DNA of 64,000 nucleotides from Planctomycetota bacterium (GTDB lineage: Bacteria; Planctomycetota; Planctomycetia; Pirellulales; Lacipirellulaceae), in the NCBI GenBank assembly GCA_039190745.1, contig JBCCXZ010000007.1, positions 33,706-97,705 of the forward strand. The letters are read 5' to 3'. Of the stretch, positions 36,914-48,027 are shown piece by piece (positions within the stretch are counted from its first letter, which is position 1; each line of letters opens with the position of its first letter). The notes beneath the pieces are model-generated. The model saw nothing but the letters and a program-made list of their open reading frames with translations. It was not told the DNA's origin and ran no database searches. A program made the position numbers and the translations under genes.

Positions 36914-37483
36914 ATGCAAAAGACCCGCACCTTCATCTCCGTCCCCGCCGCCCCGGCCGTCTGCGACCGCGCCGCCGAGGCCATCCGCCTCCTCCGGCAA
37001 GACGATGACGGCGTGAAGTGGGTCGACCGCCACGCCATGCACTGGACCCTTCAGTTCTTGGGCGACCTCACCGACGCCGATATCGCCGAGGTCTGCTTCC
37101 GCGTGCAAGACGCCGTCGCCGGCTTCGCCCCGTTCCCGCTCGTCTGCCGAGGGCTGGGCGCCTTCCCCGCACCCGACCGGCCCAAAACACTCTGGCTCGG
37201 CGCCGCCACGGGCGGGCCCGAGCTGTGCGCCCTGCAGGCCGAGGTCGAATCTTCGCTCGACGACCTCGGGTTCCGCACCGACCGCCGGCAGTACCGGCCC
37301 CACCTCACCCTGGGCCGCATCGGCCGGGGAGCTCCGCCGGCCGCTCTGAAAGAAGCCGTCTCGGCACTGGAGGACTATGACGGCGGGGAGATGATTGTGG
37401 ACGAGGTCGCCGTCATGGCCAGCCGCCTCCACCGCGAGGGCCCCGCCCACACGGTCCTCGCCACCGCTCCGCTGGACGGCTAG
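36914..37483 (+). CDS. thpR: RNA 2',3'-cyclic phosphodiesterase (2H family)
   Basis: RTFI, HWTLQFLG and PHLTLGR (two HxT motifs). Confidence 0.92.
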   Translation: MQKTRTFISVPAAPAVCDRAAEAIRLLRQDDDGVKWVDRHAMHWTLQFLGDLTDADIAEVCFRVQDAVAGFAPFPLVCRGLGAFPAPDRPKTLWLGAATGGPELCALQAEVESSLDDLGFRTDRRQYRPHLTLGRIGRGAPPAALKEAVSALEDYDGGEMIVDEVAVMASRLHREGPAHTVLATAPLDG

Positions 37484-37647
37484 GGACGCACAACCCGCAG
37501 AAACCGCAAGCCTTCTCGCTAGCACCCCCGCGCGACCCGATTCTTGCTTGCAATCGCCTGCTCCAGGCTGTCCCGGGTCACCGATGAAACCGCGGGAGAC
37601 GGCGCATCAGGTGCGTCGAGAAGAAGACGAGCAACACGCACAATCGG

Positions 37648-39171
37648 ATGTCGCGGGAGGCTGCTGGGATGCGCCACAAGCTTTCAGAACGGACTTACTG
37701 GGAATGGATTGTCGCGGTGTCGTGCCTGCTCAGCTCGCCGGCCGGCGCTGAGGAGCCGCTCGGCACGGTGCTCGACGATGTCGGCGCCTACTGGTCGTCC
37801 GAGGCAGACAACGCGGTCCGCCCCGACCCCTCGCTCGAGCTCTCGATCGCACCCGCCTGGAACGAGATCGTCTCCGACACCGGCGACATCGTCCCGGCCC
37901 AGATGCTCGCCCCGCCGCGACCCACCGGCACGCGGGTGGCACAACGCAGCAACAGCCGTGGCTCGTCCCGCACCGGACGCGACAGCCGCCTGGCCAGCGT
38001 GCCGCTGATGATCGGCGACACCGGAGCCGGCACGTGCCTCTCCTTCGGGGGCCTGCTCGACATCGACCTCGCCCACCCCACGCTGCTCTGCAGCCGGCTC
38101 AACATCGCCGAGAACAACAGCCCGCTCCCCACCGACCGCCTCTACTACAGCTACCGCCACTTCGAGAACGTCACACCCTGGTCCTTCTACCAGTTCAGCA
38201 CCGACTACAGCGTCGACCGGCACACAATCGCCGGCGAAAAGACCTTCGCCGACGGAACGATGTCGCTCGAAGTGCGCCTCCCGCTGGAGAGCCGCCTCAG
38301 TTCGCAGCTAGAGTCCTACGTTGTCGACGACCCCGGCCCGCTCGGCAGCGGCTTCGCCCCCGGCTTCCAGCCCTTCTTGGGAGACACAAGGGTCGAGGTC
38401 GGTAACATCTCGATGACCTTCAAAGCGCTGCTTGCCGAACGAGAAGACTTCGCCGTCTCCGCGGGCGTCGGCTTCACGCTCCCGACGGCGCAGGACGTCA
38501 CCTACCTGATCACCACCGACACCACGCTGGTCTTCCCGGACTCACCCGGTGTGACCGCCAACAGCAGCTACATCCTCGACGTCTTCGCCAGCAACGAGAC
38601 GTTTTTCATCGCCCCGTTCGCCGCCTGGCTCTACCAGCCGTCAAGCCGTTTCTTCCACCAGGGCTTCCTGCAGTTCGAGGTCGCCGCCAACCCCTCGGCG
38701 ATCACCATCGCCGGGGACGGCATCAACGACTTTTTCGTCAACGGCGTCCCCGCCGGCACACTCGACTACGAGACGCTCTTCCCTACCGACCGCACCGAGC
38801 TGCTCGCCCAGACGCTCATGCGGCTCAACCTCGGCTTCGGCTACTACCTGAAGAACGACCCCCGGGCCGATTTCTTCCAGCAGCTCACCGCCATGTTCGA
38901 GATCCACTACACCAGCACGCTCAACGACGCCCCCATCCGCCAAGTGCCGCTGGACGTCACAGGCACGCTGGCCGGCATCGGGGCCGACGCCTCGACCATC
39001 TTCTTCGGCAACCTCGACAACCGCGTCGACATCGTCAACATGGTCTTCGGCCTCAGCGCCCGCCAGGGCAATTGGCTTTTCACTAACGGCGTCACCACGC
39101 CGCTGGGCGAGCAAGCCGACGAGCGGGCCTTCGACTTCGAGTACAACTTCCAGGCCCAGCGGATCTTCTGA
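37648..39171 (+). CDS. Exported hypothetical protein, probable outer-membrane beta-barrel
   Basis: Signal-peptide-like N-terminus (start may be 37669), alternating aromatic beta-strand pattern, C-terminal FDFEYNFQAQRIF ending in Phe. Confidence 0.6.
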   Translation: MSREAAGMRHKLSERTYWEWIVAVSCLLSSPAGAEEPLGTVLDDVGAYWSSEADNAVRPDPSLELSIAPAWNEIVSDTGDIVPAQMLAPPRPTGTRVAQRSNSRGSSRTGRDSRLASVPLMIGDTGAGTCLSFGGLLDIDLAHPTLLCSRLNIAENNSPLPTDRLYYSYRHFENVTPWSFYQFSTDYSVDRHTIAGEKTFADGTMSLEVRLPLESRLSSQLESYVVDDPGPLGSGFAPGFQPFLGDTRVEVGNISMTFKALLAEREDFAVSAGVGFTLPTAQDVTYLITTDTTLVFPDSPGVTANSSYILDVFASNETFFIAPFAAWLYQPSSRFFHQGFLQFEVAANPSAITIAGDGINDFFVNGVPAGTLDYETLFPTDRTELLAQTLMRLNLGFGYYLKNDPRADFFQQLTAMFEIHYTSTLNDAPIRQVPLDVTGTLAGIGADASTIFFGNLDNRVDIVNMVFGLSARQGNWLFTNGVTTPLGEQADERAFDFEYNFQAQRIF

Positions 39172-39199
39172 TTGCGGAATTCGGATTGCGGACTGCGGA
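39171..39199 (+). repeat. Heptamer tandem repeats (ATTGCGG-like)
   Basis: attgcgg aattcgg attgcgg actgcgg directly after the stop; reverse-complement versions near 59766-59785 and 60066-60086. Confidence 0.65.
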
Positions 39200-39222
39200 G
39201 TCACTCACGGCGCAAAGGTCTT

Positions 39223-39288
39223 GGGCGGCACTGGCGTCTCGCCAGTGCAGAACCCCGGAGAAACACTGGCGAAACGCCAGCGCCACCC
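39223..39288. repeat. REP family B inverted doublet, copy 1
   Basis: GGGCGGCACTGGCGTCTCGCCAGTG ... CACTGGCGAAACGCCAGCGCCACCC. Confidence 0.8.
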
Positions 39289-39375
39289 GCGCGAACGCCG
39301 CTCGCGTCCCCGTCGCCCTTGGCCTAAAATCCTACTTAGGCCCTGTCGACACCAGCACCACGCCCCACACGCCCT

Positions 39376-42312
39376 ATGGCCGGCGACTCCGCGGAACGTA
39401 ATCTCCTCTTCGGCGTGCTGGCCGTTCAGCTCGACTTCGTCACCCGCGACCAGCTCGTCGCCGCCACCAGCCAGTGGGTGCTCAACAAACAACGGCCCCT
39501 CCGCGAGGTGTTTGTCGACCTGAAGGCGATCAGCGACGACGAGGCCGTGCTGCTAGACGGCGTCGTCCAGAAGCACCTCGAGCGCAACGGCGACGACCCC
39601 CGCCAGAGCCTCCAGTCGATCGAGGCCTTCGACTCGGTCCGCGCCACCCTCGGTGAGCTCCACGACGACGATATCCGTTCCTCCGTCGAGTTCGACACCG
39701 TCGGAGCCGCTGGGGACGAGTCCTCGCCCGTTTTGCCGGCCGACGACGACCCGTCTCACGACACCACCGGCTTGCCGGCAAGCAGACGCCGCCCCCGCTC
39801 CGCCTCGCCCGACGAGCACTCAACCCAAGCGGCCCCACCCGAAGCGCAAGCAGCCTCGCAGCACCGCTTCACCGTGCTTCGCATGCACCAGAAGGGCGGC
39901 CTGGGCCGCGTTTCGGTCGCACTCGACGAAGAGCTCAACCGCGAAATCGCCCTCAAAGAAATCCTCCCCACCCACGCCGACAACGAGGAAAACCGCAATC
40001 GCTTCGTCCGCGAGGCCGAGATCACCGGAGCCCTCGAACACCCCGGCATCGTCCCCGTCTACAGCCTCGGTCACTTCGCCGACGGCCGCCCCTACTACGC
40101 CATGCGGTTCATCCACGGCGTGAACATGCAGCGGGCGATCGAAGACTTCTTCCATTCCAATGAGGCGGGCGCCCAGCGGCAGCTCGCCTTCCGCCAGCTG
40201 CTGGCCCGCTTCATCCACGTCTGCAACGCGATGGACTACGCCCACAGCCGCGGCGTCATCCACCGCGACCTCAAGCCCAGCAACATCATGATCGGCGAGT
40301 ACGGCGAGACGCTCGTCGTCGACTGGGGGCTCGCCAAGTCGCTCGGCGAAGACCTCTCGCAAACCTCGATCGACATCCCCTCCAGCGGGGCCATCCACGC
40401 CTCGACCGCGCCCGTCTCGCCAACCAAGCGGGCCATGTCCACCAGCACCCAGATGGGCCGTATCGTCGGCACAGCCCCGTACATGAGCCCAGAGCAGGCT
40501 GCCGGCCGGCTCGACAGCCTCGGCCCCCGCAGCGACGTCTACAGCCTCGGCGCCACGCTTTACCACGTCCTCACCGGACGCGTTGCGTTCAAGGGCACCG
40601 AGGAAGAAGTCATCGGCAACGTCCAGATGGGCCGCTTCCCCAAGCCACGCGAGGTCCGCCCCGACATCCCCCGATCGCTCGAAGCCATCTGCCTCAAGGC
40701 AATGGAGCGGCTCCCCAAAGACCGCTACGCCTCGGCACGCGAGCTGGCCGACGACATGGAGCGGTTCATGGGCGACGAGCGCGTCGCCGCCTACCGCGAA
40801 CCCGCCCCAGCCCGCCTCTGGCGCTGGACCCGAAACCACAAAGCATCGGTCGCCGGAGCCGTCGGCACGCTCACCGTCGCCGTCGCAGCACTCACCGCCG
40901 GCGTCATTTTGCTCGGCAACGCCAACGTCCGCGAACGCCAGCTGCGCGACCAGGTCGAGACCAACCTCGCCGAGGCCGAGCGCCAACGCGAATCCGCCGA
41001 AACCAACTTCCGCCTCGCCCGCGAGTCGGTCCGCGACTACTACCTCTTGGTCAGCGAAGACACCCTCCTAAAGCAACGCGGCCTCGAACCGCTCCGCGAC
41101 TCGCTGCTCGACCAGGCCCTGAAGTACTACCAAGAGTTCCTCGACCAACGCGAAGACGACCCCACGCTGCGGGACGAAGTCGCCTCCGCCCACTTCGTCG
41201 CCGGGCAGATCTCGACCACCACGGGCAAGTTCGAGGAGGCCCTCGGCCACTTCGAGCGGGCCGCCGAAATCCAAGGGCCTCTGGCCGAAGGCGAGTCGGC
41301 CGAGGTCGAGGCCATTGCCGAGTACGGCCGCACCGTCAACGCGATGGGGGACGCCGTCATCCGTCAGGGCCAGGTGGAGCAAGCCAAAGAACTTTTCGAG
41401 CAGGCCGTCGCCCTGCGCCGACGACTCACGACCGCCGAGCCCGGCAACCCCGAGCACGCCCGCGAGGTGGCCAGCAGCATGATGAACGTCGGCGTCGCCG
41501 ATTTCAATCTCGGCAACATCGATCAGGGCATCGCCCTGTTCGAGCAGGCGCAAGGCCTCCGCATCGCACACGTCGGCATTGACGATTCCACCGACGTCCG
41601 CCTCCAACGCGACCTCGGCATGGGCTACTACAACCTCGGCGTCACCCGCAGGCGCCTTGGCGAATACGCCGCAGCAGAGAAGAACCTCCTCAACGCCGTC
41701 GAGGCTTTCGGCAAGCTGATCCAGTCCGACCCGAACGATCTCGCCAACCAACGCCGCCTCGCCGCCTGCAAACGCATGCTGGGCGACTCCCGCGCCGACG
41801 AAGCAGACCCGGCCGGGGCCGTCGAGTTTTACCGAGAGGCGGTCGACCTGCTGAACCCACTCCGCATCCGCCACCCGTTCGTCCCCGAGTACGCCACCGA
41901 CCTCGCTGGCGTCTACCTGCACATGGGCGAGCAGCAGCAGGCCCTCGGCCAGCTCACCGACGCACTCGTCTCGCTCGAACAGGCGGTCCTCCGCCTCCGT
42001 AACCTCCCCGAGGAGAGCGCCGGCATCGCCCGCCACGCCCGCGACCTCGGCGTCGCCCTTCGCACCGCCGCGGCGGTGCTCGTGGAACTCGGCCGCCCTG
42101 AAGAAGCCCGCCTCCGCCTGGAAGAATCGCGCGACGCGCTCACCGCCCTCGTCCGCGCCGACACCACCGACGCAGACTCGCTCACGGCGCTCGACCGCAC
42201 AATGGCGGCCCTCGCCGACCTCGACGCCCCGCCGGAAGAGGAGTCGGAGGAAGCGGAGTCGGCGGAAGCGGAGCCAACTGCGGAAACGCCGGAAGAATCC
42301 CCGGCCGACTGA
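39376..42312 (+). CDS. Hanks-type Ser/Thr protein kinase with TM segment and C-terminal TPR repeats
   Basis: GGLGRV, IALK, HPGIVPVY, HRDLKPSN, DWGLAK, GTAPYMSPEQ, DVYSLG; hydrophobic segment followed by TPR-like helices. Confidence 0.93.
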   Translation: MAGDSAERNLLFGVLAVQLDFVTRDQLVAATSQWVLNKQRPLREVFVDLKAISDDEAVLLDGVVQKHLERNGDDPRQSLQSIEAFDSVRATLGELHDDDIRSSVEFDTVGAAGDESSPVLPADDDPSHDTTGLPASRRRPRSASPDEHSTQAAPPEAQAASQHRFTVLRMHQKGGLGRVSVALDEELNREIALKEILPTHADNEENRNRFVREAEITGALEHPGIVPVYSLGHFADGRPYYAMRFIHGVNMQRAIEDFFHSNEAGAQRQLAFRQLLARFIHVCNAMDYAHSRGVIHRDLKPSNIMIGEYGETLVVDWGLAKSLGEDLSQTSIDIPSSGAIHASTAPVSPTKRAMSTSTQMGRIVGTAPYMSPEQAAGRLDSLGPRSDVYSLGATLYHVLTGRVAFKGTEEEVIGNVQMGRFPKPREVRPDIPRSLEAICLKAMERLPKDRYASARELADDMERFMGDERVAAYREPAPARLWRWTRNHKASVAGAVGTLTVAVAALTAGVILLGNANVRERQLRDQVETNLAEAERQRESAETNFRLARESVRDYYLLVSEDTLLKQRGLEPLRDSLLDQALKYYQEFLDQREDDPTLRDEVASAHFVAGQISTTTGKFEEALGHFERAAEIQGPLAEGESAEVEAIAEYGRTVNAMGDAVIRQGQVEQAKELFEQAVALRRRLTTAEPGNPEHAREVASSMMNVGVADFNLGNIDQGIALFEQAQGLRIAHVGIDDSTDVRLQRDLGMGYYNLGVTRRRLGEYAAAEKNLLNAVEAFGKLIQSDPNDLANQRRLAACKRMLGDSRADEADPAGAVEFYREAVDLLNPLRIRHPFVPEYATDLAGVYLHMGEQQQALGQLTDALVSLEQAVLRLRNLPEESAGIARHARDLGVALRTAAAVLVELGRPEEARLRLEESRDALTALVRADTTDADSLTALDRTMAALADLDAPPEEESEEAESAEAEPTAETPEESPAD

Positions 42313-42394
42313 ACGGCTGCCTTCTCAAACGCAGGTGTTCGTAGCCGCCGACCTAGCGTCGGAGGTCAACTGTACGGATTGTCAGTATTTTCTC

Positions 42395-42423
42395 TTGCCC
42401 GGCGCGCGGACGGCCGATATAGT
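42395..42423 (+). promoter_or_regulatory. Sigma-70-like promoter of recA
   Basis: TTGCCC-N17-TATAGT. Confidence 0.55.
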
Positions 42424-42515
42424 GCTCGTGCGTACACCACACTGCGCTTACGCCGGCCGGTTCTGCTAGCGGCTGTTTCTTGCATCGATTTTTCCTGTAG
42501 ATTAGGGGCTCCCAC

Positions 42516-43673
42516 ATGGTCGCGACCGCCACCCAGCAGAAACCAGCACCCAAGCAGAACAGCATGGCCAAGAAAGCAAAATCCGGCGGAAAGAAGGCCG
42601 CCAAGAAGTCCCCCGTCGCCGCTGTGATGGAGGGCTCCCCCGAGCTGCGGCACACCGTCGCCGCCATCGAGAAGCAGTTCGGCGAAGGCTCGATCATGCC
42701 CCTGGGGGCCGACCAGGTCCGCCGCATCCAGGGCATCCCCACCGGCAGCCTCTCGCTCGACATCGCCCTCGGCGGTCAGGGCATCCCCCGCGGGCGGATC
42801 ATCGAAATCTACGGCCCCGAGTCCAGCGGCAAAACCACGCTCGCCCTGCACACCATCGCCCAGGCCCAGAAGTCCGAAGGCATCGCCGCCTTCATCGACG
42901 CCGAGCACGCCCTCGACCCCAGCTGGGCCAAGAAGCTCGGCGTCGACCTCGAAACGCTGCTCGTCTCTCAGCCCAACTGCGGGGAAGAGGCCATGCACAT
43001 CACCGAGATGCTCATCAAGAGCAACGCGGTCGACATCATCGTGGTCGACTCCGTCGCCGCCCTGGTGCCCAAGAAAGAACTCGACGGCGAGATCGGCGAT
43101 TCCCACGTCGGCCTCCAGGCCCGGCTCATGAGCCAGTCGATGCGCAAGCTCACCGGCGCCATCGCCAAGAGCAAGACGTGCGTGGTCTTCATCAACCAGA
43201 TCCGCGAAAAAGTCGGCGTCATGTTCGGCAGCCCCGAGACCACCCCCGGCGGCCGAGCCCTCAAGTTCTACTCCTCCTGCCGCATCGACGTCCGCCGCAT
43301 CGGCCAGCTCAAGGACGGCGAAGACGTCGTCGGCCAACGCGTCCGCGCCAAGGTCGTCAAGAATAAGGTCGCCCCCCCGTTCCGCTCCGCCGAGTTCGAC
43401 ATGATGCACACCGACGGCATCAGCTACGAAGGCGACCTCCTGGACATGGGCATGGAGCAGAAGATCGTCTCCCGCACCGGGGCCTGGTTCCGCTACGGCG
43501 AGATGCAACTCGGCCAGGGCAAAGAGAAGGCCCGCCTGTTCCTCAGAGAGAACCCCGAGCTCGGCGAAGAGATCAAAGACAAGATCCTCACCGCCGGCGG
43601 TTACAACGACCTGCTCGCCACCCCCGCCGCAGCCAACGGCGAAGCCGACGCCGAGGAGCTAGACGAGGAATAG
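42516..43673 (+). CDS. recA: Recombinase A (Lys-rich N-terminal extension; start may be 42564)
   Basis: [56 protein letters not shown]. Confidence 0.99.
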   Translation: MVATATQQKPAPKQNSMAKKAKSGGKKAAKKSPVAAVMEGSPELRHTVAAIEKQFGEGSIMPLGADQVRRIQGIPTGSLSLDIALGGQGIPRGRIIEIYGPESSGKTTLALHTIAQAQKSEGIAAFIDAEHALDPSWAKKLGVDLETLLVSQPNCGEEAMHITEMLIKSNAVDIIVVDSVAALVPKKELDGEIGDSHVGLQARLMSQSMRKLTGAIAKSKTCVVFINQIREKVGVMFGSPETTPGGRALKFYSSCRIDVRRIGQLKDGEDVVGQRVRAKVVKNKVAPPFRSAEFDMMHTDGISYEGDLLDMGMEQKIVSRTGAWFRYGEMQLGQGKEKARLFLRENPELGEEIKDKILTAGGYNDLLATPAAANGEADAEELDEE

Positions 43674-43699
43674 AAGAAACCACGTTTCTTCTGTTCTTC

Positions 43700-43772
43700 T
43701 GTAGGAGGCCTCTCCGAGGCCGATGACGGTCTTCAAAGGCAAGCGAAATCGGCCTCGGAGAGGCCTCCTACA
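43700..43772. repeat. REP family A inverted doublet, copy 2 (between convergent recA and phosphatase)
   Basis: TGTAGGAGGCCTCTCCGAGGCCGAT ... ATCGGCCTCGGAGAGGCCTCCTACA, perfect 25-bp inverted arms. Confidence 0.9.
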
Positions 43773-43816
43773 AGCGGTGCATGCCTGAGCCTTGTTGAGC
43801 AACAGGGCAGGGCCCC

Positions 43817-44500
43817 CTACCGGATACTCGCCCGCCGCCGCGGCAACTCCGTTTCCCGCGTCTCGCCGGTCTGCCGCGCCTGCCAGACCCGGCCGGTCGC
43901 CGGCTCGAACGCCGTCAGCCAACCGCCCCCGAAGCACCAAGTGTCGATGCACACCAGGTGCCCCAGGTTGATCACCTCGCCCCGCTTGTTCGCTGTGTGC
44001 CCCAGCACCGCCGTCTTCCCCGAAACGTGCGGCCCAGGCACCCGCGCCACCAGCGACTCCCAACGCAACTCCTGCCACGGCTGTCGGTCGAGCGGCAGCT
44101 CCGGGTCGAAGTTGCCGTGGGCGAAGAAGTGCTCTTCGGTCTCGTAGCAGTCGGCCCAGCTACGCAGAAACTCGCCGTGCTCGGGGTCGACCTCGCCGCC
44201 GTAGGATTCGAGCGTCTCCTGCCCGCCGTGGGTCAGCCAAACGCCCGTCGGCCGGCGGTCGAGATACTCCAGCAGCATCTGGTCGTGGTTGCCAAGAATC
44301 GGAACCAAAAAACCGGTTCTCTTCAGTTCAAGCAGCCGGTCGATCACGCCACGGCTATCGGGCCCGCGGTCGATAGCGTCGCCCAGCGAGACCAGCAGGT
44401 CACCCGGTTCGAGCGTCACTACCCCCAACAGCGCATCTAGCGCAGCCAGGCAGCCGTGGATATCCCCTACGGCGATCACCCGCCCCGTGTTGCTGACCAC
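43817..44500 (-). CDS. Calcineurin-like metallophosphoesterase (PPP Ser/Thr phosphatase family)
   Basis: GDIHG, GDAIDRG, GNHD, FFAHG, GHT, IDT motifs; likely GTG start 44500. Confidence 0.9.
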   Translation of the reverse strand: MVSNTGRVIAVGDIHGCLAALDALLGVVTLEPGDLLVSLGDAIDRGPDSRGVIDRLLELKRTGFLVPILGNHDQMLLEYLDRRPTGVWLTHGGQETLESYGGEVDPEHGEFLRSWADCYETEEHFFAHGNFDPELPLDRQPWQELRWESLVARVPGPHVSGKTAVLGHTANKRGEVINLGHLVCIDTWCFGGGWLTAFEPATGRVWQARQTGETRETELPRRRASIR

Positions 44501-44562
44501 CGTCTCTCTCCGCGATTCATGGCCGGGGTCCCCCCGGCAACGTCCTTGTTGAAGCACCGAGA

Positions 44563-46032
44563 TTGTCGCGGTTGCTACCCCGCGGTCAACGGCCCGCTAC
44601 ACTTGAGAAAACGCCACGAGTCACCCCGAGCCACTGGATCAATCCCGCCTTGCCCCCCGCTCCGCAACTACTCGTCCGGCTCTTGCTCTGCACAGCGCTC
44701 CTGGTCCTCTGCCGGAACGCGGCCGCGGAGGGCGTGGCCTCGCCGGAGGCCCAGCGCGGCTTGCACCTGCTGCTCAACAAAGCCTATGTCCCGCCCGCGT
44801 TCGATCAGCAAACGTTCGACGAAGCCTGGCAGTTCTGGGAAGAGCCCGCCCGCTCCCAAGCCGCGGCGGCCGACCCCGACCAGCGTCGCCGCCTCGCCTT
44901 CGTCCGCTACGGCCTGACCCCAAGGCCGGAAGACCCGACCAAACCGATGCAGTACGTCGTCGACGACGCCGGCGTCTGGACGCTCAACTGCTTCGGCTGC
45001 CACCAGGGCTCAGCCGCCGGGGTCGCCCACCCCGGCACGCCCAACGCCCAGTTCGCGCTTGAAACGCTCGTCAACGACGTCCGGCTCGCCAAGCTCCGCC
45101 AACGCAAGAAGCTGACCGACCTCGACATTGGCTCGATGATGATGCCGCTGGGAACCACCGTCGGCACCACCAACGCCGTGATGTTCGGCGTCGGCCTGAT
45201 GCACTACCGCGACGACGACCTCAACATCGTCCGCAAGCTCCAGCCCCCCCGCATGGTGCACCACGACCACGACGCCCCGCCGTGGTGGAACACCTCCCGC
45301 AAACAGCGGCTCTACATCGACAACTTCGCCCCCCGCGGCCACCGTGCCCTGATGCAGTTCATCGCCTCCGAAGAGAACGGCCCCGAGAAGTTCCGCGAAT
45401 GGGAAGACGACTACCGCCACATCGAAGCCTATATCGACTCCCTAGAGCCGCCGCCGTACCCGTTCGCGATCGACACGCCGCTCGCCGACCAAGGCCGCGT
45501 GGTATTCGAGAACCACTGCGCCCGCTGCCACGGAACGTACGGCCCGGGCGGCGAGTACCCAGAGTTGATTATCCCCATCGAGGAAGTCGGCACTGACCGC
45601 GTGCGGCTCGACTCGCTCACTGTCGAGCACCGCGCCGGCTACGGCCGCAACTGGATCAACGAGTACGGCGCCAAGGGCGAAGTGGTCGCCGACCCCGGCG
45701 GTTATCTAGCCCCGCCGCTCGACGGCATCTGGGCCACCGCGCCCTACTTCCACAACGGTAGCGTGCCGACGCTGTGGCACGTGCTGCGGCCCGACGAGCG
45801 ACCCGCCGTCTGGCGTCACCCCGACGACCCCGCCGACTACGACCAACAACGCGTCGGCCTGCCGGTCGAAACGTTCGACGAGTTGCCGGCCGACACGATC
45901 ACCAGCTTCGCCGTGCAAAGGCGCTACTTCGATACGGGCGTCACCGGCAAAGACGCGGGCGGTCACACGTTCCCCGCGTCGCTAACCGAAGACGAGAAGC
46001 GGACCCTGCTCGAGTATCTCAAAACGCTGTGA
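44563..46032 (+). CDS. Exported diheme cytochrome c of the RoxA/MauG-like superfamily (start uncertain)
   Basis: Two CxxCH (CFGCH, CARCH), PPWW, Y.APPLDGIWATAPYFHNGSVPTL, GH.F...L...EK..LLEYLKTL; signal peptide ending AAA. Confidence 0.85.
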   Translation: MSRLLPRGQRPATLEKTPRVTPSHWINPALPPAPQLLVRLLLCTALLVLCRNAAAEGVASPEAQRGLHLLLNKAYVPPAFDQQTFDEAWQFWEEPARSQAAAADPDQRRRLAFVRYGLTPRPEDPTKPMQYVVDDAGVWTLNCFGCHQGSAAGVAHPGTPNAQFALETLVNDVRLAKLRQRKKLTDLDIGSMMMPLGTTVGTTNAVMFGVGLMHYRDDDLNIVRKLQPPRMVHHDHDAPPWWNTSRKQRLYIDNFAPRGHRALMQFIASEENGPEKFREWEDDYRHIEAYIDSLEPPPYPFAIDTPLADQGRVVFENHCARCHGTYGPGGEYPELIIPIEEVGTDRVRLDSLTVEHRAGYGRNWINEYGAKGEVVADPGGYLAPPLDGIWATAPYFHNGSVPTLWHVLRPDERPAVWRHPDDPADYDQQRVGLPVETFDELPADTITSFAVQRRYFDTGVTGKDAGGHTFPASLTEDEKRTLLEYLKTL

Positions 46033-46064
46033 GCCCTCAGTGTGCGGCCGTCGCCGCCGGCGAA

Positions 46065-46092
46065 TTGACACCGCCGGAGAGCCCGATACGAT
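46065..46092 (+). promoter_or_regulatory. Sigma-70-like promoter of thiC
   Basis: TTGACA-N16-TACGAT about 105 nt before the start. Confidence 0.6.
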
Positions 46093-46126
46093 GAACCGAC
46101 TAAGGCGTTCCCAGCCTTAGGTTTAG

Positions 46127-47545
<1,419 letters not shown>

Positions 47546-47610
47546 AAGCCGGCGGCCCGCATGAAACAAAAACAAGGGAACGGAACCACCACTCGAAAGA
47601 GGCAAACAGC

Positions 47611-48027
47611 ATGCGTTATCAAATCTCAGCCTTGGCTTTAGCCGTCGTCATCTCCGGCTGCTCGCAGCAGACCGCAGAGAAAACCGAAACCGAGCCGGCC
47701 GCCGAAGCCGTCGAGTTCAACCTCACGGGCGCGCCCACGGTCGAGTTCGCCGTCAGCGGCATGACCTGCGAGGCGGGCTGCGCCTCGAAGGTCCACGAGA
47801 TCCTCGCCGGCCAACCCGGCGTCGTCGATGCTACTGTCGATTTCCCGGCTGAGCGGGCCACGGTGGCCATCGAGAAGGACGCTTTCGACCCCGAAGCCGC
47901 CCTGGCGGCTCTGGCAGATTACCAGTTCGAAGGCAAACTGCTCGACGGTTCAACCGCTCCAGCGACTAGCGAGCCCGTTGAGGAAACCGACGTGCCCGCC
48001 GTCGCGACCCCAGGCTCCGAGTCGTAA
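47611..48027 (+). CDS. Lipoprotein with heavy-metal-associated (HMA) domain
   Basis: Lipobox ISGC; V.GMTCEAGCASKV...L...PGV..A.VDF. Confidence 0.8.
   Translation: MRYQISALALAVVISGCSQQTAEKTETEPAAEAVEFNLTGAPTVEFAVSGMTCEAGCASKVHEILAGQPGVVDATVDFPAERATVAIEKDAFDPEAALAALADYQFEGKLLDGSTAPATSEPVEETDVPAVATPGSES

Noticed and set aside
42366..43508. Long antisense ORFs opposite recA (also 46100-47605, 50645-52153, 57007-59322, 61814-63253 and others)
   Set aside because: Typical shadow ORFs of high-GC3 genes; no protein motifs, and the sense genes are clearly identified
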